Translations under genes and position numbers: made by a program | Notes under the pieces: generated by a model | What the model saw: only the letters and a program-made list of their open reading frames with translations | What the model was told of the DNA's origin: nothing | The model's database searches: none | Source: Malacoraja senta | Taxonomy: Eukaryota | Assembly: GCA_038087875.1 (NCBI GenBank) | Contig: CM075988.1 | Location: 15,996,001-16,060,000 of the forward strand | Length of the DNA: 64,000 bases | Direction of reading: 5' to 3' | Shown: in pieces, positions 11,951 to 25,700 of the stretch | Numbering within the stretch: position 1 is the first letter of the stretch | Layout: each line of letters starts with the position of its first letter

Positions 11951-13655
11951 TCATGCACTGTGACCAATATCCTGGTCACGATTTATTCCTTATCCATTAT
12001 CATCAAAACAGATTATTTTTCTCATCACATTGCTGTTTATGGAATCTTATTTAATGCAAAATGGCTACAACATTTCCAGTGTTACAGCAGCAAGTACTTC
12101 AATGGTTCTAGAGCGTTTGGGAAATCACAAGTTGTGATAGATACTGTGTAAAGCAAGCCCATTCTCTTTCCTTTATCGCCATGGTGTTTGGATAAACAAA
12201 ATAATTTGTTTCCACAGCAAAGATTCTTGTTCTTGTTTGGCGAATTAATTGACCTTTCCCATGTTTATCAGTTATTGATCGCTTAAAAAGGTTTCTCATC
12301 AATTAAATCGATTCATACGATTAAGTCTACACCTCCATGTTGACATTTGTATGGCACATAAAACTCTCCTCAGCCATCGTCATTTCACCCTAACAACAAA
12401 TACTTTCTACCCTTTCACTCGTGCATTTAGCTTTTCCTTAAGTGTTTTTTGGCCATTATTTTCAAATACACCAAGCGGTATTGAGTTCTTGTTTGTAATG
12501 TGGCAAGATTTTCCTGAAGCACCTAATTATTATTAATGATTCATTATTTATGGTCCCTAGTTATTGATTGTTTTGCAAGTGTAAGTAAAAATTTTATAAC
12601 TACATTTCAAATCCTTTTATCATTTTAAAGAGCTCTCCTCATTCTCTTCCACCCCATTCATCACAGCCAGGTCTGTGTTTTTAGTATTTCCTCTTGGAGA
12701 TCCATTCTCTCCATCCATTATCTTTGTAAAAAACATTCTACATTTCTCTGAGTATTTCCAATTGCTTTTTTGCATTCTATAAAAAAGAAGTACTGTGCGC
12801 TGTATCCCAGTTGTGGTCCAACAAAGTTTCTCTGTTAATTCAGTGTAATGCCTTTGCTTTTCATTTCTATCCTCATGAAAACAAAATCATTTTGTTTACT
12901 ATTTTCATGGCCTTATTAATATCTACTGTGACCTTTGGCCATTTCTGTATCTGTGGCCACTATTTCTTTTAAGTTCTGCCAAATTTAGTCTTATTTTCTA
13001 AGGAAAACATGGCTCCCTTTATTCTTTTCCATCTCTTAACTTGCCTATATTGAAATTAAATCTCCAACAAAATGAATTCTGTAAGTATATTAGTCTTACT
13101 ACATTTTGCTGCAATGAATCTTTCTATCAATTAGATACTCCCGTTCAGTGTTGTCTGCTGATTTTGAAAATGTAATTCAAATTCTTGAATCCAACATAGT
13201 TGTTTAATCACAAGATGTCTTTGAGCTGCTTTAGAAAGCATGGTGGGTGATAAGGCAAAATTGGCAAGCGAAATAATTTCTAGGTTCCAACTTTTGTCCT
13301 TGCTGAGTCTGTTCAAGTGCATTTTAGAATGGCACAGGTGGTATCATTGTTTCAAACCTATGGGTAAATCAGGTGGTCCCAACTCCTTATTGGTTTGTGA
13401 ATGTTAGTTTGGATGGACCGACGTTTGTGCATCATATCTCACATTGTCAAACTACGTGAAGGGAAGTCACTCGGTTGAAGCACAAGGAAGGTTCAGCTGC
13501 TTATATGAAATGTGTCCCAATCTTGCCAGAGATCAACTGCCACTGCCACCTTCATCTTCAGAGATTGAGAAACAGCACAAATCATTAAACAGGCAATCAT
13601 TTGATGAGTCACACTGCAACTATCTGCAAGAGCTTAGTTGCAAAATAACTCCAAG

Positions 13656-13853
13656 AAGGACACAAAGTCCTGCAGTAACTCAGCAGGTCAGGTAGCATCT
13701 CTGGAGAACATGGGTAGGTGATGTTTTGGGTCAGACCCTTCTTCCGACACTTTGTACATGTTCTCCAGAGATCCTACCCGACCTACTGAGTTACTCAGGC
13801 ATTTAATGTCCTTTTAATCATATTAATCAACATCTGCATTTCCTTGTTTCTAC
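13656..13853. repeat. Palindromic pair of Penelope-derived short elements
   Basis: GTAACTCAG...TCTCTGGAGAACATG versus CATGTTCTCCAGAGAT...CTGAGTTAC. Confidence 0.8.
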
Positions 13854-14649
13854 AAGAATACCCCGCCTTCCCCTCCCTCACAGACCATTCCTCTTGTTAT
13901 TTCCCCTTCTCTGCCTTTTTTCTGTATCATGAAATTTGTTTTAGATCCAATATTTTCCAGTTCTTCAATAACGTCATGACTTGAAGTGTTAATTACTCAT
14001 CTTGTTTCACAGTTGTTATTTGACCTGTGAGAATTTCCAGCACTTTCTGTTATTTTTACAAATTCCCTTTGACTGGAGAAACACAAGTAGGTAATTTAGC
14101 CACTCAAAACTGTCACACTCTAAATTGGGTAAAGGAGCAACGAATCTCTGGGTGCATTTTACATAGGTTTACATGGCCGCACAAGATGGACAAAATGGTT
14201 TCCTGCTGTGCATCTTGCGGTAATTCGTTTAAATTGCTAGTCATTCAGCACTCTCCCCACCAACAACAACGCCAGCAAATCATACACAGTTTTGATGATT
14301 GACAGTCAGACTTATCAGAGCAGTAATGAGAAAGAGATTATTATTTTGATTGAGTAAGGAGACAATTTTGGGTGATTACATGCGGTTCCATTTAAAAATA
14401 GACTAATTTTAAATGTTGAATTTGCAATATCAGCATTATTTCCATTATCCCTGTCATTATTTTGCTATTTAATAATTCAGTCTCTTTTGCCACTGATTTT
14501 CCCTGTCCCTGCGCCCTGTTGACCCACTGTCTAACCTAAAGCCTTTCTTGGTAGTCAAACTCAAATACCAAGTATCAATGTATTGTTTCACACAGGGGGC
14601 ATTGCAGTTGACTGTGATCTTCTCTTTATGGGACGCACACATGGAAATT

Positions 14650-15495
14650 GCAGCAATTGAACAAATAATGGGCAATGTGGGATAAATCAGATTACAGGTG
14701 ATCAATAATCTGGTTGTGTGGTGCTGGAACGACAATCTTGAAAGAACAAGGATCTGATTGATTACTTCAGGAAAGGATAGCCAAGGTACCATGTCTTCAT
14801 CGGTGGAATGGCGGTAGAGAGAGTCAAATTCTTCAAGTTCCTGGGCATAACCATCTGTGATTAGTTGTTCTGAGCCCAGTACATCGATGAAGTTACAAAG
14901 AAAAATCACCAACACCTCTGCCTACTCAGAGTTTGGTAGAAATGTGGCATGTTGCTGAATACTCAAGCGGACTTCTACAGATGTGCAGTGGAAAACCAAC
15001 TGCATCACAGCCTCGTTTGGTATTTTGAATGCTCAAAAAAGGAGGCTGCAGAAAGTAGTACATATTGATCAGCCCATCGCAGATATTTACCTCCCCGCCA
15101 TCAAAGGAATCTACAGGAAGTGCTAATATCATCAAAGACTCACACCACCTTGGCCACACTCTTATCTCACTACTACCATTGGGGAGAAGGTACAGGAGCC
15201 GAGAACCTTTACTTCCAGGTTAAATAACAATTTCTTCTAATCAACCATTCAGCTCTCGAACCGTCCTGCACCACTTAAACGCAACCTTATCTCAGCACCG
15301 ACAGCTATGGACTTTTGCACTACTCAAGGTTGCTCTATGTACTTTGGCCCCCCACTATATCATGGTCTGGTTTATCTGGGATAACTGATAACTTATTGTA
15401 TAATTATTTATTGTTTTGTTGCATTTAATGTGCCTGGAAGACTGCAGCAAAATTAAATTTCATTGATCTCAGTGCAGTTGACTCTTGACTCTTAA
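14650..15495 (+). mobile_element. Degenerate Rex1/Babar-type LINE 3' fragment
   Basis: Remnant VERVKFFKFLG; colinear with 34880-35685; (ACTCTTG)n tail. Confidence 0.75.
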
Positions 15496-16919
15496 CTGCT
15501 CTCTGTTCCACAACTCATTGGCAACAGCCTCGGTTTGCTCCCCAATTGAACTAGTATCTGAACAGAAGATTCAAACCTGGTGCTTCTGTGTGAGGCCATT
15601 TGTTGGCTGGAGTCTGGAGGCGAGGTAGCATTTCTTGCGGCTCAACCATGGCCATGCTGTGTACAAATACAACTACATACTGCAGATGTTCGAAATTGTT
15701 AACTGACAACAGATCATGCAGAAATGATCAGGCAGTATCCGTGAAAATGGCCAGCTCTGTCTTTTAAGTTCCAGCTACCAGAACTCACTCCTTAAAACGC
15801 AGGGAACTAAGTGACGAACATGCTAAGCTTTTCCAGATTTTTCTTACTGTTTATATGGTACTGATCTTCATCTTTTTAGTATTTACTGTCTGTGTTGAAA
15901 TTTAAAACAAACTATTTTCCATGTTTGCATATTGTGAATTCAAATCCTGATCGAAATACTATCGCTAATCTTGTTATCTAGTCTGAATCTCATTCTGTAG
16001 AATGAAGAGAATGCTGTACTATCGGGTGTGGCTTTATTTATGGATGAGACATTAAACTGAGATGCGGACTGTTTTCTACATTGCATATAAAGGATTGCAT
16101 GAACTATATTCCATAAAGGGGAAGAGAGGTTTCCCTAATACCTGGGTCAACATGTAGCCCCCAAGCTAGTCATGGGATCCTGCTGTACAAGAATCAGCTG
16201 GCAAGTTTGAATCCATTTCACTGGTTGCAAACTGCTTTGAGATTTGATAAGCTTGTGAGAGGCACCAATAAATGAAAGTCTTCCTTTGTATTTCATATAA
16301 TGACCTTGTAGCTTGAATTCCAGCCCATGATATTGTCCCGTAACCTATTCGGCTGGCTCTACCTGGACCCAGCCTGCTGACACAGTCACTGCCTGCAAGC
16401 CCTCATTCCAGAGAGCAAACCTAAGTTACTGGTTATTACCTAGATAAGCTAGGAGAGAAGGCAATGTTGGGGACACAGCTTTTACGTTGGTCAAGGCTAG
16501 GAGGCTTTCTCAGTTTAAGTGTCTGACATTTAGAAACATTTCTAAACCATTCAATTTGATGTAAATAAGTTAAAAGATATTACAATTTACATTTTTTACT
16601 AATCTACTATACCATTTAGAAACCACTTAAAACCTAAACTGAAATAACATAATTGGGGGGGGGGGAAGCTTATTTCATAGGCAAATCTTCTGCTTGAAAT
16701 GATTCGTCTCCCGTCCTACATCATGTCTGAAATAAGTGCTTGAAAACACTGGAAATGCTCACCATGTCAGGCAGCGTCTGTGAAGAAAGAAACAGTTAAT
16801 GGTTCAGGACAGTGACCTACCTTCGGATCTAGGAAAAGTTATAATTTAAACATGTGGGGTGGAAATGAAGGAGGAAAGTGGTCTTTTATTCCTATAATCT
16901 ACATAATTTCTATCACCTT

Positions 16920-17380
16920 CACGGCAGTGCCATCACCAGACATATTTTTCACCTCCACTATTGGCATTTTACAGGTGTCATTCCTACCTTTGACTCTCTG
17001 GTTCACCTTTCCATTGCCACCACACTCCCCTTCCCATGGCATCTTCTCGTGCAACTGCAGGAAATGTACAACTTGCCCTTTTAGCCCTTTCCACCCATTT
17101 GGGCATCTGAATGGTTCTTTCAAGTGAAGCAGTGATTCACTTGTACTTCCTCCACTTTAGAGTATTGCACTGTGTGCTCACAATGGTGATTCCTCTGCAC
17201 TAAAGAAACCAAACACAGATTGGTTGATGGTCTTGCAGATAACTTGAAGGCTGCAGGGTTGACCTTGATCTTCCAGTTGCCTTTCACTTTAATTCTCTAT
17301 CCCGCTCTCTCTGTGTTTCTGCTCAATTAGTGTTCCAGCAAAATCCAACATAAATGTGGAAACCACATCCCTTCATCCAA
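16920..17380 (+). mobile_element. Degenerate Penelope-like element, GIY-YIG endonuclease/linker remnant
   Basis: Across frameshifts reads HGIFSCNCRKCTTCPF...FQVKQ*FTCTSSTLEYC..C...KETKHRL, matching the PLE CCHH linker and GIY-YIG pattern. Confidence 0.7.
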
Positions 17381-17769
17381 CCTGTCATGTTTATACTACC
17401 ACTGTTGGCTCTGTTGAAGGTCAACCACCTGCAGGATTAAGTCCATTCTTCTTGTTTGATGTGTGCTACCCATCCTGCTGGGTATTTCCAGCACCATATT
17501 TCCCGATAGCCAGCAACAGTGGTATTTTGTCTTTCACTGTTCCCACAGTGTTTCTGTGTGTTTACATTCATCTATTTGCATTTCCTACAGATAGAACAGC
17601 TGCAATGAACAAACCTTCACTGTGCTCACTGTGTGCACCATCACACTTTTGTTGTTCCATGACTCTCACAGGCATTTCATTTGTTCTCTCCACCCTTCCG
17701 CCTTATCCACAGCGTAAAACAGTCCTGATTTCAAAATTTTCCTAGCAAAAACATCCACCCGAATTATTA

Positions 17770-17980
17770 AGTAGAAATAAGGAACTGTGTATGCTGGTTT
17801 ACCAAAGAAAGACACAAAGTGCTAGAGTAACTCAGTAGTTTAGGCAGCATCCCTGGAGAACATGGATAGGTGATGGGTCGGGATAGGGACGTTTCAAGTC
17901 TGAAAAGGCTGAAAACTTGAAATGTTGACTGTCCACATTCTCCAGGAATGCTGCCTGACCCGCTGAAGTACTCCAGCATT
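17770..17980. repeat. Palindromic pair of Penelope-derived short elements
   Basis: Inverted arms of the same family. Confidence 0.75.
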
Positions 17981-18384
17981 TAGTATCCTTCCACCTGAAA
18001 TGTTAACTCTGTTTCTGCATCCACAGATGCTGCCTGACTTGCATATTTGCAGCATTTTCTGGTTTATTTTGTATTTGTGACATGTGCAGTTGTTTTTGGT
18101 TTCCATTATAAGGTCCGACTTGGTGCTGAGGAACCCCAACATGCATGGGACCCAGCATTGAACTCTGCCAGATACTCAGCAAAGGAGGGCAGTGACAAAT
18201 GTGGCAGCATCTGTGATGTCCCAGAGATATGTGGAACGGCAATCTGAATGGTGAAACATTTAGAACCAAATATAAACGTTGCACATGCTGACATAAAACC
18301 AAAAATGCTGGAGAGGGAAATAGGGTTGACTTTTAAGTTTCACAACTTTTAATTTGAATTTCTGGACTGGCATTTGAATCGCCA

Positions 18385-18660
18385 CTTCATAGCAAAAATA
18401 GGTGCAGAAGTAGGCCATTTGGCCCTTCATGCCAGCACTGCCATTCTATGTGATCTTGGCTGATTATCCAAAATCTGTACCCTGTTCCTGCTTTCTCCCC
18501 ATATCCCTTGATTCTGTTAACCCAAAGAGCTGTATCTAACTCTCATTAAAACATCCAGTGAATTGGCCTCCACTGTCTTCTGTGGCAGAGATTTTCACAG
18601 ATTCACAACTCCCTGCTTCCTCGTCTCAGTCCTAAATGACCTACCCCTTATCCTTAAATA
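18385..18660 (-). mobile_element. CR1 LINE 3' end fragment
   Basis: Same tail family as 10704-11124. Confidence 0.8.
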
Positions 18661-18885
18661 GTAGGGCATTTATCTAAATACCAAAATATGGGATTGGTAT
18701 AATAGGGTATAATGGGCGGCAGCGACATGATAAGCCTATTAAGGGCCTGTTTCTGTGCTATACGACTGGACCATCGGCCGCATCCGGGAAGATCCCACTC
18801 ATTATTGGAATTAGGATTGGCCTCGTTGTAGGACCGCAATATTCATCTGGTCACAATGTGTCGTGACATCCATAGATTAGAATCA

Positions 18886-19018
18886 ATGTAGGCAGGAACC
18901 GCAGGTGCTGGTTTACCCCGAAGTTAGACACAAAATGCTGGAGTGACTCGGCGGGCCAGGCAGCATCTCTGGAGAAAAGGAATAGGAGACGTTTCGGGTC
19001 GAGACCCTTCTTCAGACT
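18886..19018 (-). repeat. Penelope-derived short element with hammerhead-like core on the minus strand
   Basis: GACGTTTCGGGTCGAGACCCTTCTTCAGACT is the reverse complement of CTGAAGAAGGGTCTCGACCCGAAACGTC. Confidence 0.8.
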
Positions 19019-19119
19019 TATAATTAGTGGCCTCCATGGCAATGTCACTGTATGTTGATGGTGAGATTGGTTGTTGGTGTTGTGTTTGACATTGGAGGTT
19101 TAGTGCAGAATGAGGGGTA

Positions 19120-19581
19120 AAGCGAGACTGAGCTGGTCGCTGGCGTGAACGGCCACGGTCAGAGCTGGCGATTGGCGTGAGGGATAGGATTGGTGAGGGC
19201 AACAATTAGTAACGGCAACACTGCGTCACTAAACTCGTCCAGACAGAATTGAAGCAATATATTGTATTCAGTTCTCGGCGTTGCAGTGTTTACTGGAATA
19301 ATTCGGCGTGCTGTTGGGGTATTTGATTTATCATATTGAATTGCGAGAGGCAGCGCCGGGGCCAGGCGTGCATGCAGAGCAGATGGACTGGAGCCAAACT
19401 CCACCTCCCCCCCTCGCACACTGGCTACATCGGCACCTGACGTGGGAAGCCGGCTGGATATAACCTTGGATCCGGGCTGCTTTCGCTCGCTCTTCGGAAC
19501 CACCTCAGGGGGGAGTGTTGAGAGGCGCCAGCATCCAGGACGGGGGTGGCGATTCCAGTGCAGCGGCATCCCGTCGTGGCT
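19120..19581 (+). promoter_or_regulatory. CpG-rich promoter/5'UTR of the USP2 b-type first exon
   Basis: CpG enrichment relative to flanks; ATTGG (reverse CCAAT) near 19171 and 19189; TGACGTGG at 19438-19445; TATA-like ATATAA at 19458-19463, about 120 nt upstream of the ATG. Confidence 0.6.
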
Positions 19582-19731
19582 ATGCCCAGCATGCGGCAGT
19601 CTTACACGGTGACCATGCCCGAGGAGCCGGTCCTCAGCCTCTTCAGCAAGGAGATCCGCAGGAAGAGTCCCAGCGTCTCCGGCTCCATGCTCGTCTCCAC
19701 CTTCGTCGGACTCCTCATCAACCAGGCGAAG
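19582..19731 (+). CDS. USP2: USP2 first coding exon (b-type), [50 protein letters not shown]
   Basis: ATG at 19582 in CpG-rich DNA; donor AAG|GTAAGG, phase 0. Confidence 0.93.
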
Positions 19732-22700
19732 GTAAGGGAGTTCTGGATAGCGGTCAGTGTGGAAGGGTGCCGGCAGCTGGATGAAAATGCACCTGAGATA
19801 TGCGTCCGGCTATAATGTCAGCACCCGGAGATGATAGTGTGGGAGCCTTTTAATCTTAACTCGTGTTTCCCCCCCATTCCCAGTCACGCACCAGACCCGC
19901 CAGCCTCTGAAAGAGAGGTGCACCTTTCTTGTAGGTGTTTGGGGAAGGCAGGTGAAGTTCAGGGACACCCGACCCCAGTCGCTGGTAAGAAGCTGTCTGG
20001 GCGCTGAACACAGTTTCTATCCTTGGGGAGCTATGAAATGCTGGTCGACATTTCAGAAATTCTAAGCACCATTGCATCCATTTTCTGAGGCTGGATGGAC
20101 TACATTAAAATCTCGTAACCTCGTAGGTGGTCTTAGTCCCGTTATGCCTGTTGTTCTCTGGTTCCACTTCCTTGCTCCGATATTGTTTTTTTTTCCAATT
20201 CAAACATGTATCCACTATCTAATCACCCTTTGAAATAGTATTTATTTCTACATGTCCCCCTCCCCCCACCTCGAGGTGCTATATCCAGTGCCAGTGCACT
20301 GAAGCAAGCGGCTGACTTAACATAATCAATTGCACTTTCCTTTTATAATTAACCCGGCCACCTTTGTCTGCGTTGGCTTGTCAATGAAGACAGTGGAAAA
20401 TCATCCGTCATCCACCTCCAGGAGAGGAGGAGGTGGCAAGTGGGAATTCTGAGAGAAAGTAGCTTTCAGAAATGAAGCCAGTCTCTGCATCTAGTGGATA
20501 GATGTATATTTCCCCAATGTGGACTGACTTTATCTGTGTTGTTTAGCTCTTGCTGCTGTTGCTGCAGATCTTGTAGGCAGTAACAAATGATTGAACCTGG
20601 TCTGATTTCCTAAGTGATTAGGGGATCTAGATTCTGTTGTCCATGCTCAGCTCGGCTTCACACTGCACCTGCCTCTGACAGACCTGTGCCAAAAAGAGAG
20701 CACCGCCTGATATGGCAATGATTACTGTGAGAGCGACCTAATAGTTTCTTCGAGCTTGGGACTTTGATTAATTGGTCCCAGGTTACATTTAAGTGATCCA
20801 GTGGGGGAAGAAGCAGCTGGGGGCAAATCAATACATGTTAGTGTTTGGGCTTGTATTATCTTCCTCTGCATCCCTTTTTTCTAACTTTATTTCTGCTCCC
20901 GTTTATCCCCTCTAGCTCTCTTTCTCTAGCCCGTGTTCTCTGCAAAGACGTATCTCTATCCATCACCCCATGACATTGACTATCAATGTAATCTCCAGTA
21001 TATGTATGTGCACTATATTTTTCGAACTCCCTCTCTGTCCATCTCCTTTTCATTTGCTTCTGATGAATCCATCCATCTGTTGACTTGAAAGGGTCAAGCT
21101 GATGTTGTGAGTGAGTGGTGAAGCCCAGTCCAGATTAGCTCATGTCCAATTGCAATGGGCAGCCAGCCAGTGGTGCCACTTTTATTACCAGGCTTGTTGC
21201 TACTAATTAATGAAAGTCAAGCAGCATAAACAAATTGGGATAGTCTCTATCCATGATTCAAGGTTTGTCTACTATTTTGTGTTGCAAGTATTAGAATGAA
21301 TGCACTTGTAGTTTTTCTCTCTCCATAGACACTGCCTGACCTGCTAAACATTTGCAGCGGAGATAGACACAAAACGCTGGAGTTATGGGCCTTGTCCCAC
21401 TTAGGTGATTTTTTAGGCGACTGCCAGCTACTAGGACAATGGAATTCACCGAAGTCAGCACCGGCGACAACCTACGTTAACCTGGCGACAGCACCTACGA
21501 CAACACAAATTGTTGCCACTGTCGCCGAAAATTTTTCAACATGTTGAAGATTTTTTGGCAGTCGCCTAAAAATCACCCATGTGGGCCAGACCCATAACTC
21601 AGTGGGGCAGGCATCATCTCTGCAGAGAAGGAATGGGTGACGTTTTGGGACGAGACCCTTCTTCAGACTCATTTCCTGAAACATTTTCAGCATTGTTCTT
21701 TTGGTTTCAGATTTCAGAAACGGGTTGGTCCTGTATTGCACAGTTTTGATACGCCCCCCTTTTCTCGCATCTTACTTCACTCAATTCATTAATCAGATGG
21801 CTCTGTAAAAACATTGGGATCATCTCAGCAGCCCTGACCTCACCTTGTAACTGATTCTCACTTGGTCTAATCCACCCCGACTTCACTCTCTCTGCAATTT
21901 AAAATATCCACTGACTTGGCCTCCACAGCCTTCTATGGCAAAAAAAATCCTGTCATAAAGATCTGATATCAGAAATTAGGTATCGTTTCAACAAAAATGT
22001 TATTGGAACTCACTACTCAGTATGTCAGGCAGCATCTGGGGAGGGAATTGGGCCACTGGCTTCCACCAGCACCTTGTGTTTTGCTCAAGATTCCAGCACC
22101 TGTAGATTCTTGCATCTCCAAATAATTTTAACCCTTTTGTGGAACTTGTATTCTGGTTGTCAAGTTTCTCCACATTCCTCTACGCTCAATGCAAACTGAG
22201 CAGTTTCATCAGCAGATCCTATCAGTGGCTGGCAAATCCTGTGATGGTACAGCTGGATTCCTTGGCAGGGTTGGTGTACATATTTCTGAAATAACTCTGA
22301 TCTGGCTGTTGAATTTAGGAGCCTGTGTGTATTCTGCTGGTGTGTGCGCTGAATTGGATGCCCTCTTGTTCCTCCTTCATCCTCAGTTCACATGCATCCG
22401 TACTGGCCTTAAGTCAAACATGCATTCAAACTATCTACCCACTGTGTCGGCTCCGAGTAAGCTACAAGTCTCCTGCACTCCTTCTGCTAGCCTACCTGTG
22501 AGAAAGCTGTGGCCATGTTGATGTGCCCAACAAGGAATGATGTCTGGCATGATAAAGGTTACTAAGAGACTAAGTTACAATGCAGGGTGCCATCTTAGGG
22601 CAGATCATCAGATGCCATATGACCCTGCTCTCTGAAGGGACTAACTCTAGTGGGTTTCAGATCTACATATGATTTACAATCTTGGATTTCAGCATATGGT

Positions 22701-25700
22701 GATTCTCAGAGTGTAGACAAGTGCACACCTCAATTGTAAACCCAGAATTTAAAAACTGAAGCTTCCAGTTGTGATGAATGGTCTTCAACCTGAAAGACTA
22801 ACTCTGATTTGCTTTCCACGGATGCTGCTTGACATGCTGAGTGTTTCCAGCATTTTTGTTTTTACTGCAGGTATAAGCTGACCCACCTTCTTCCTCCCCC
22901 TCCTCTTCTATATTCGGCACACCGGCAAATCCTATAATATAATAAGCATCCTCTGAGACTGATGATTTGTGGCGATGATTTGTGGGGTTGATTAAACGTG
23001 TAAATCTGTACCTTTTACCCTCTTCTATAATAAATAGGAAACATAACTGATTCACTGTCCTGACATGACTAGGAGCAAAACCTGAGGCAACTTATGGCTG
23101 GTGATCTTGTTCCCAGAGAAACCAAAGGGATGCTTTGTGTGAACACCATACCTCTGCTCTGATTCCACACCAGTGTACTCTCCACGTGTAGAGTGACAAC
23201 ACCTGTGGAGGCATTTGGGTAAATATGTTGTCTGGTTGCTCTTCTTGTCGTCATCCTAATTTAGATCACTGATAACAGAAGTAAATATGCCTGGAGCAAT
23301 GAACTACTAGAGTTTTTTTTAAAAAATCATTTGAAAGTTCTTGGCGACTGTCCTTGTAATAACGAAATAGTGTTTGGAGCTCATATCTGGGTTTCACCAG
23401 TTCCCATCAATTCAAAGGAAGCGCATTCGTTCCAAAGACCAACCGCATTGTGCAGATGTGCGCAGCCACTGGTCTAGCTTTGCCCTGCGGCAGAGGCACT
23501 GTGTCAGCACACATTCCCATCCGGGCGGGGGGTGTGCCATATCTGGGGAGAGGGTGTTGGGGGCTGCGGTTAACGTAGACAGGTGCTTGATAGTCGACCT
23601 GGACACGATGGTCCGAAGGGGCTGTTTCTTTGCTGTTTGATACTTGAGGGATTATTACAAAGCACCAGATCTCTCTACTGCAACTCCATTATCGTTGCTA
23701 GACAAAAATGCGGGAGAAACTCAGCGGGTGAGGCGGCATCTATGGGGCGAAGGAAATAGGCGACGTTTCGAGTCGAAACCCTTCTTCAGACTGGTTCAAC
23801 TCCATTATCGTTGCACCTATTCCTTTTCTCCAGAGTTGCAGCCTGACCCCCTGAGTTACTCCAACGTTTTATGCCTATCTTCGGTGTAAACCAGCATCTA
23901 CAGTTCTTTCCTGCACTATACCTTATTTGGCCTTAGCAGGTGGGTGGGGGGGACTGATGCTGGAGGAATTCAGTCCTTTGGTGAGGAATTCACTTGCAAG
24001 GAAAGTGTCCCTCTATCTCGTAATCATTCACCATGACAGTCATGGTGTGCGTTTCTCTCTATTTGGCTTCAAACCGCGAGCCACATGTAGAATTAGGGAC
24101 TTTATTTATCAGCGGTCAGACCATCGTTGAGAGAATGGAAATTAATGGCAGAATCCTCGGGGTGCACTTGATAAAAGATTAAACGGTCCCGTCCACAGAG
24201 AAGGGAACAACAGAGCCGTTCCGATGGATGCGCGTCACGTTGGGTGTAATGGTGCCAGTCGGAGGCAGCGGTGTCGTGTCAAAGGCTCGGGGACGTCATT
24301 GCAGCCGCCTGTCATCTTATCCACGGATCGAAGCTGTGTTTCTATTCTCAGCGGCGCCGCACTCCTCAGATTATCTCGGTGGCTATTTCTGATCTCCTTG
24401 GCCTGGTTACCGGCGTGTGGCTCCCCGTGCAGTGCAGCGGCAATGGGTAAATCAGCTTCGTCAGTCCGGGTCTGAACCGTGTCTGATCACAGGTGGACGA
24501 AAATGCTGGAGAAACTCAGCGGCCGAGGCAGCGTCTATGGAGCGAAGGAATAGGTGACGTTTCGGGTCGAGACCCTTCTTCTGAAACCCGCTGAGTTTCT
24601 CCAGCATTTTTTGTCTACCTTCGATTTTTCCAGCTTCTGCAGTTCTTTCTTAAACGTGTCTGGTCGCAGCTCCAGTCGGTCAGTCTGGGCCCCTGCCGCG
24701 CCCCCACAGTTGACCCAAGCTTCTCGGTCTCGCTGGACTGCTGGCGGCCGCGGGAGGTGTGGGGAGAGACAAGCCAGTGGTTTACCATAATCAATGTGAT
24801 GCTTCTGTTTAACACCGGTGAAACAGCTACAGTCAAGTAGCCCTGTGAGCTTGTAACTGAAGCAGAAGCTGACCTCAGTCAAATATCTACCCGCTTTTCC
24901 TCTAAATTGTTCCTGCAATATATGACTTACCAGTATGCATTTAACTAGTTAACAAAATACATCTTTTTGTCTATGGCTACCACCGGCAAGAGTTGCAGTG
25001 AATAGCAGAGATGCAATGTAAGGAAGCCAATGAACACAAGAGTGAGGGAAACTGGTTAGGGTGGGAAGAGATAGTTTCAGGGAAAGTTTATTTTCAGCTG
25101 TTATCAGGCCAACTAAATGTTCTTCTCATCAGCTAGAATGTGGTCCTGACCTCCCATTTACCTAATTGGAGACGTTTGAACTATCTTTACTGGACTTTAT
25201 TGCGCATTAAATGTTTTACCCTTTATCTGTGCACTTGATGGTAATCATGTATTGTCATTTGGATAGCAGGCAAACCAAAAACTTTTCACGGTAGCTCGGT
25301 ACACGTGACAATAATAAACGAAACCAAGATGTACAAAGAATGTATACCAGCAGAGGCAGGAATGGATATTTACAAAAGAGATTTGTGACCAGGAAAAACG
25401 ACACTTTATAAAGGTGGCAAATTTAGGATAATCCCTTCTTGTGCGGCGTAAAGAACAATAACAAGGGCTTCCTTCTAAACTCTGGAGTTTAGAAGGATGA
25501 GAGGGAATCTCATTGAAACGTATAAGATTGTTAAGGGTTTGAACAAGCTAAAGGCAGGAAACATGCTCCCGATGTTGGGGGAGTCCAGAACCAGGGGCCA
25601 CAGTTTAAGAATAAGGAGTAAGCCATTTAAAACGGAGATGAGGCAACACTTTTTCTCACAGAGAGTTGTGGGTCTGTGGAATTCTCTGCCTCAGATGGCG

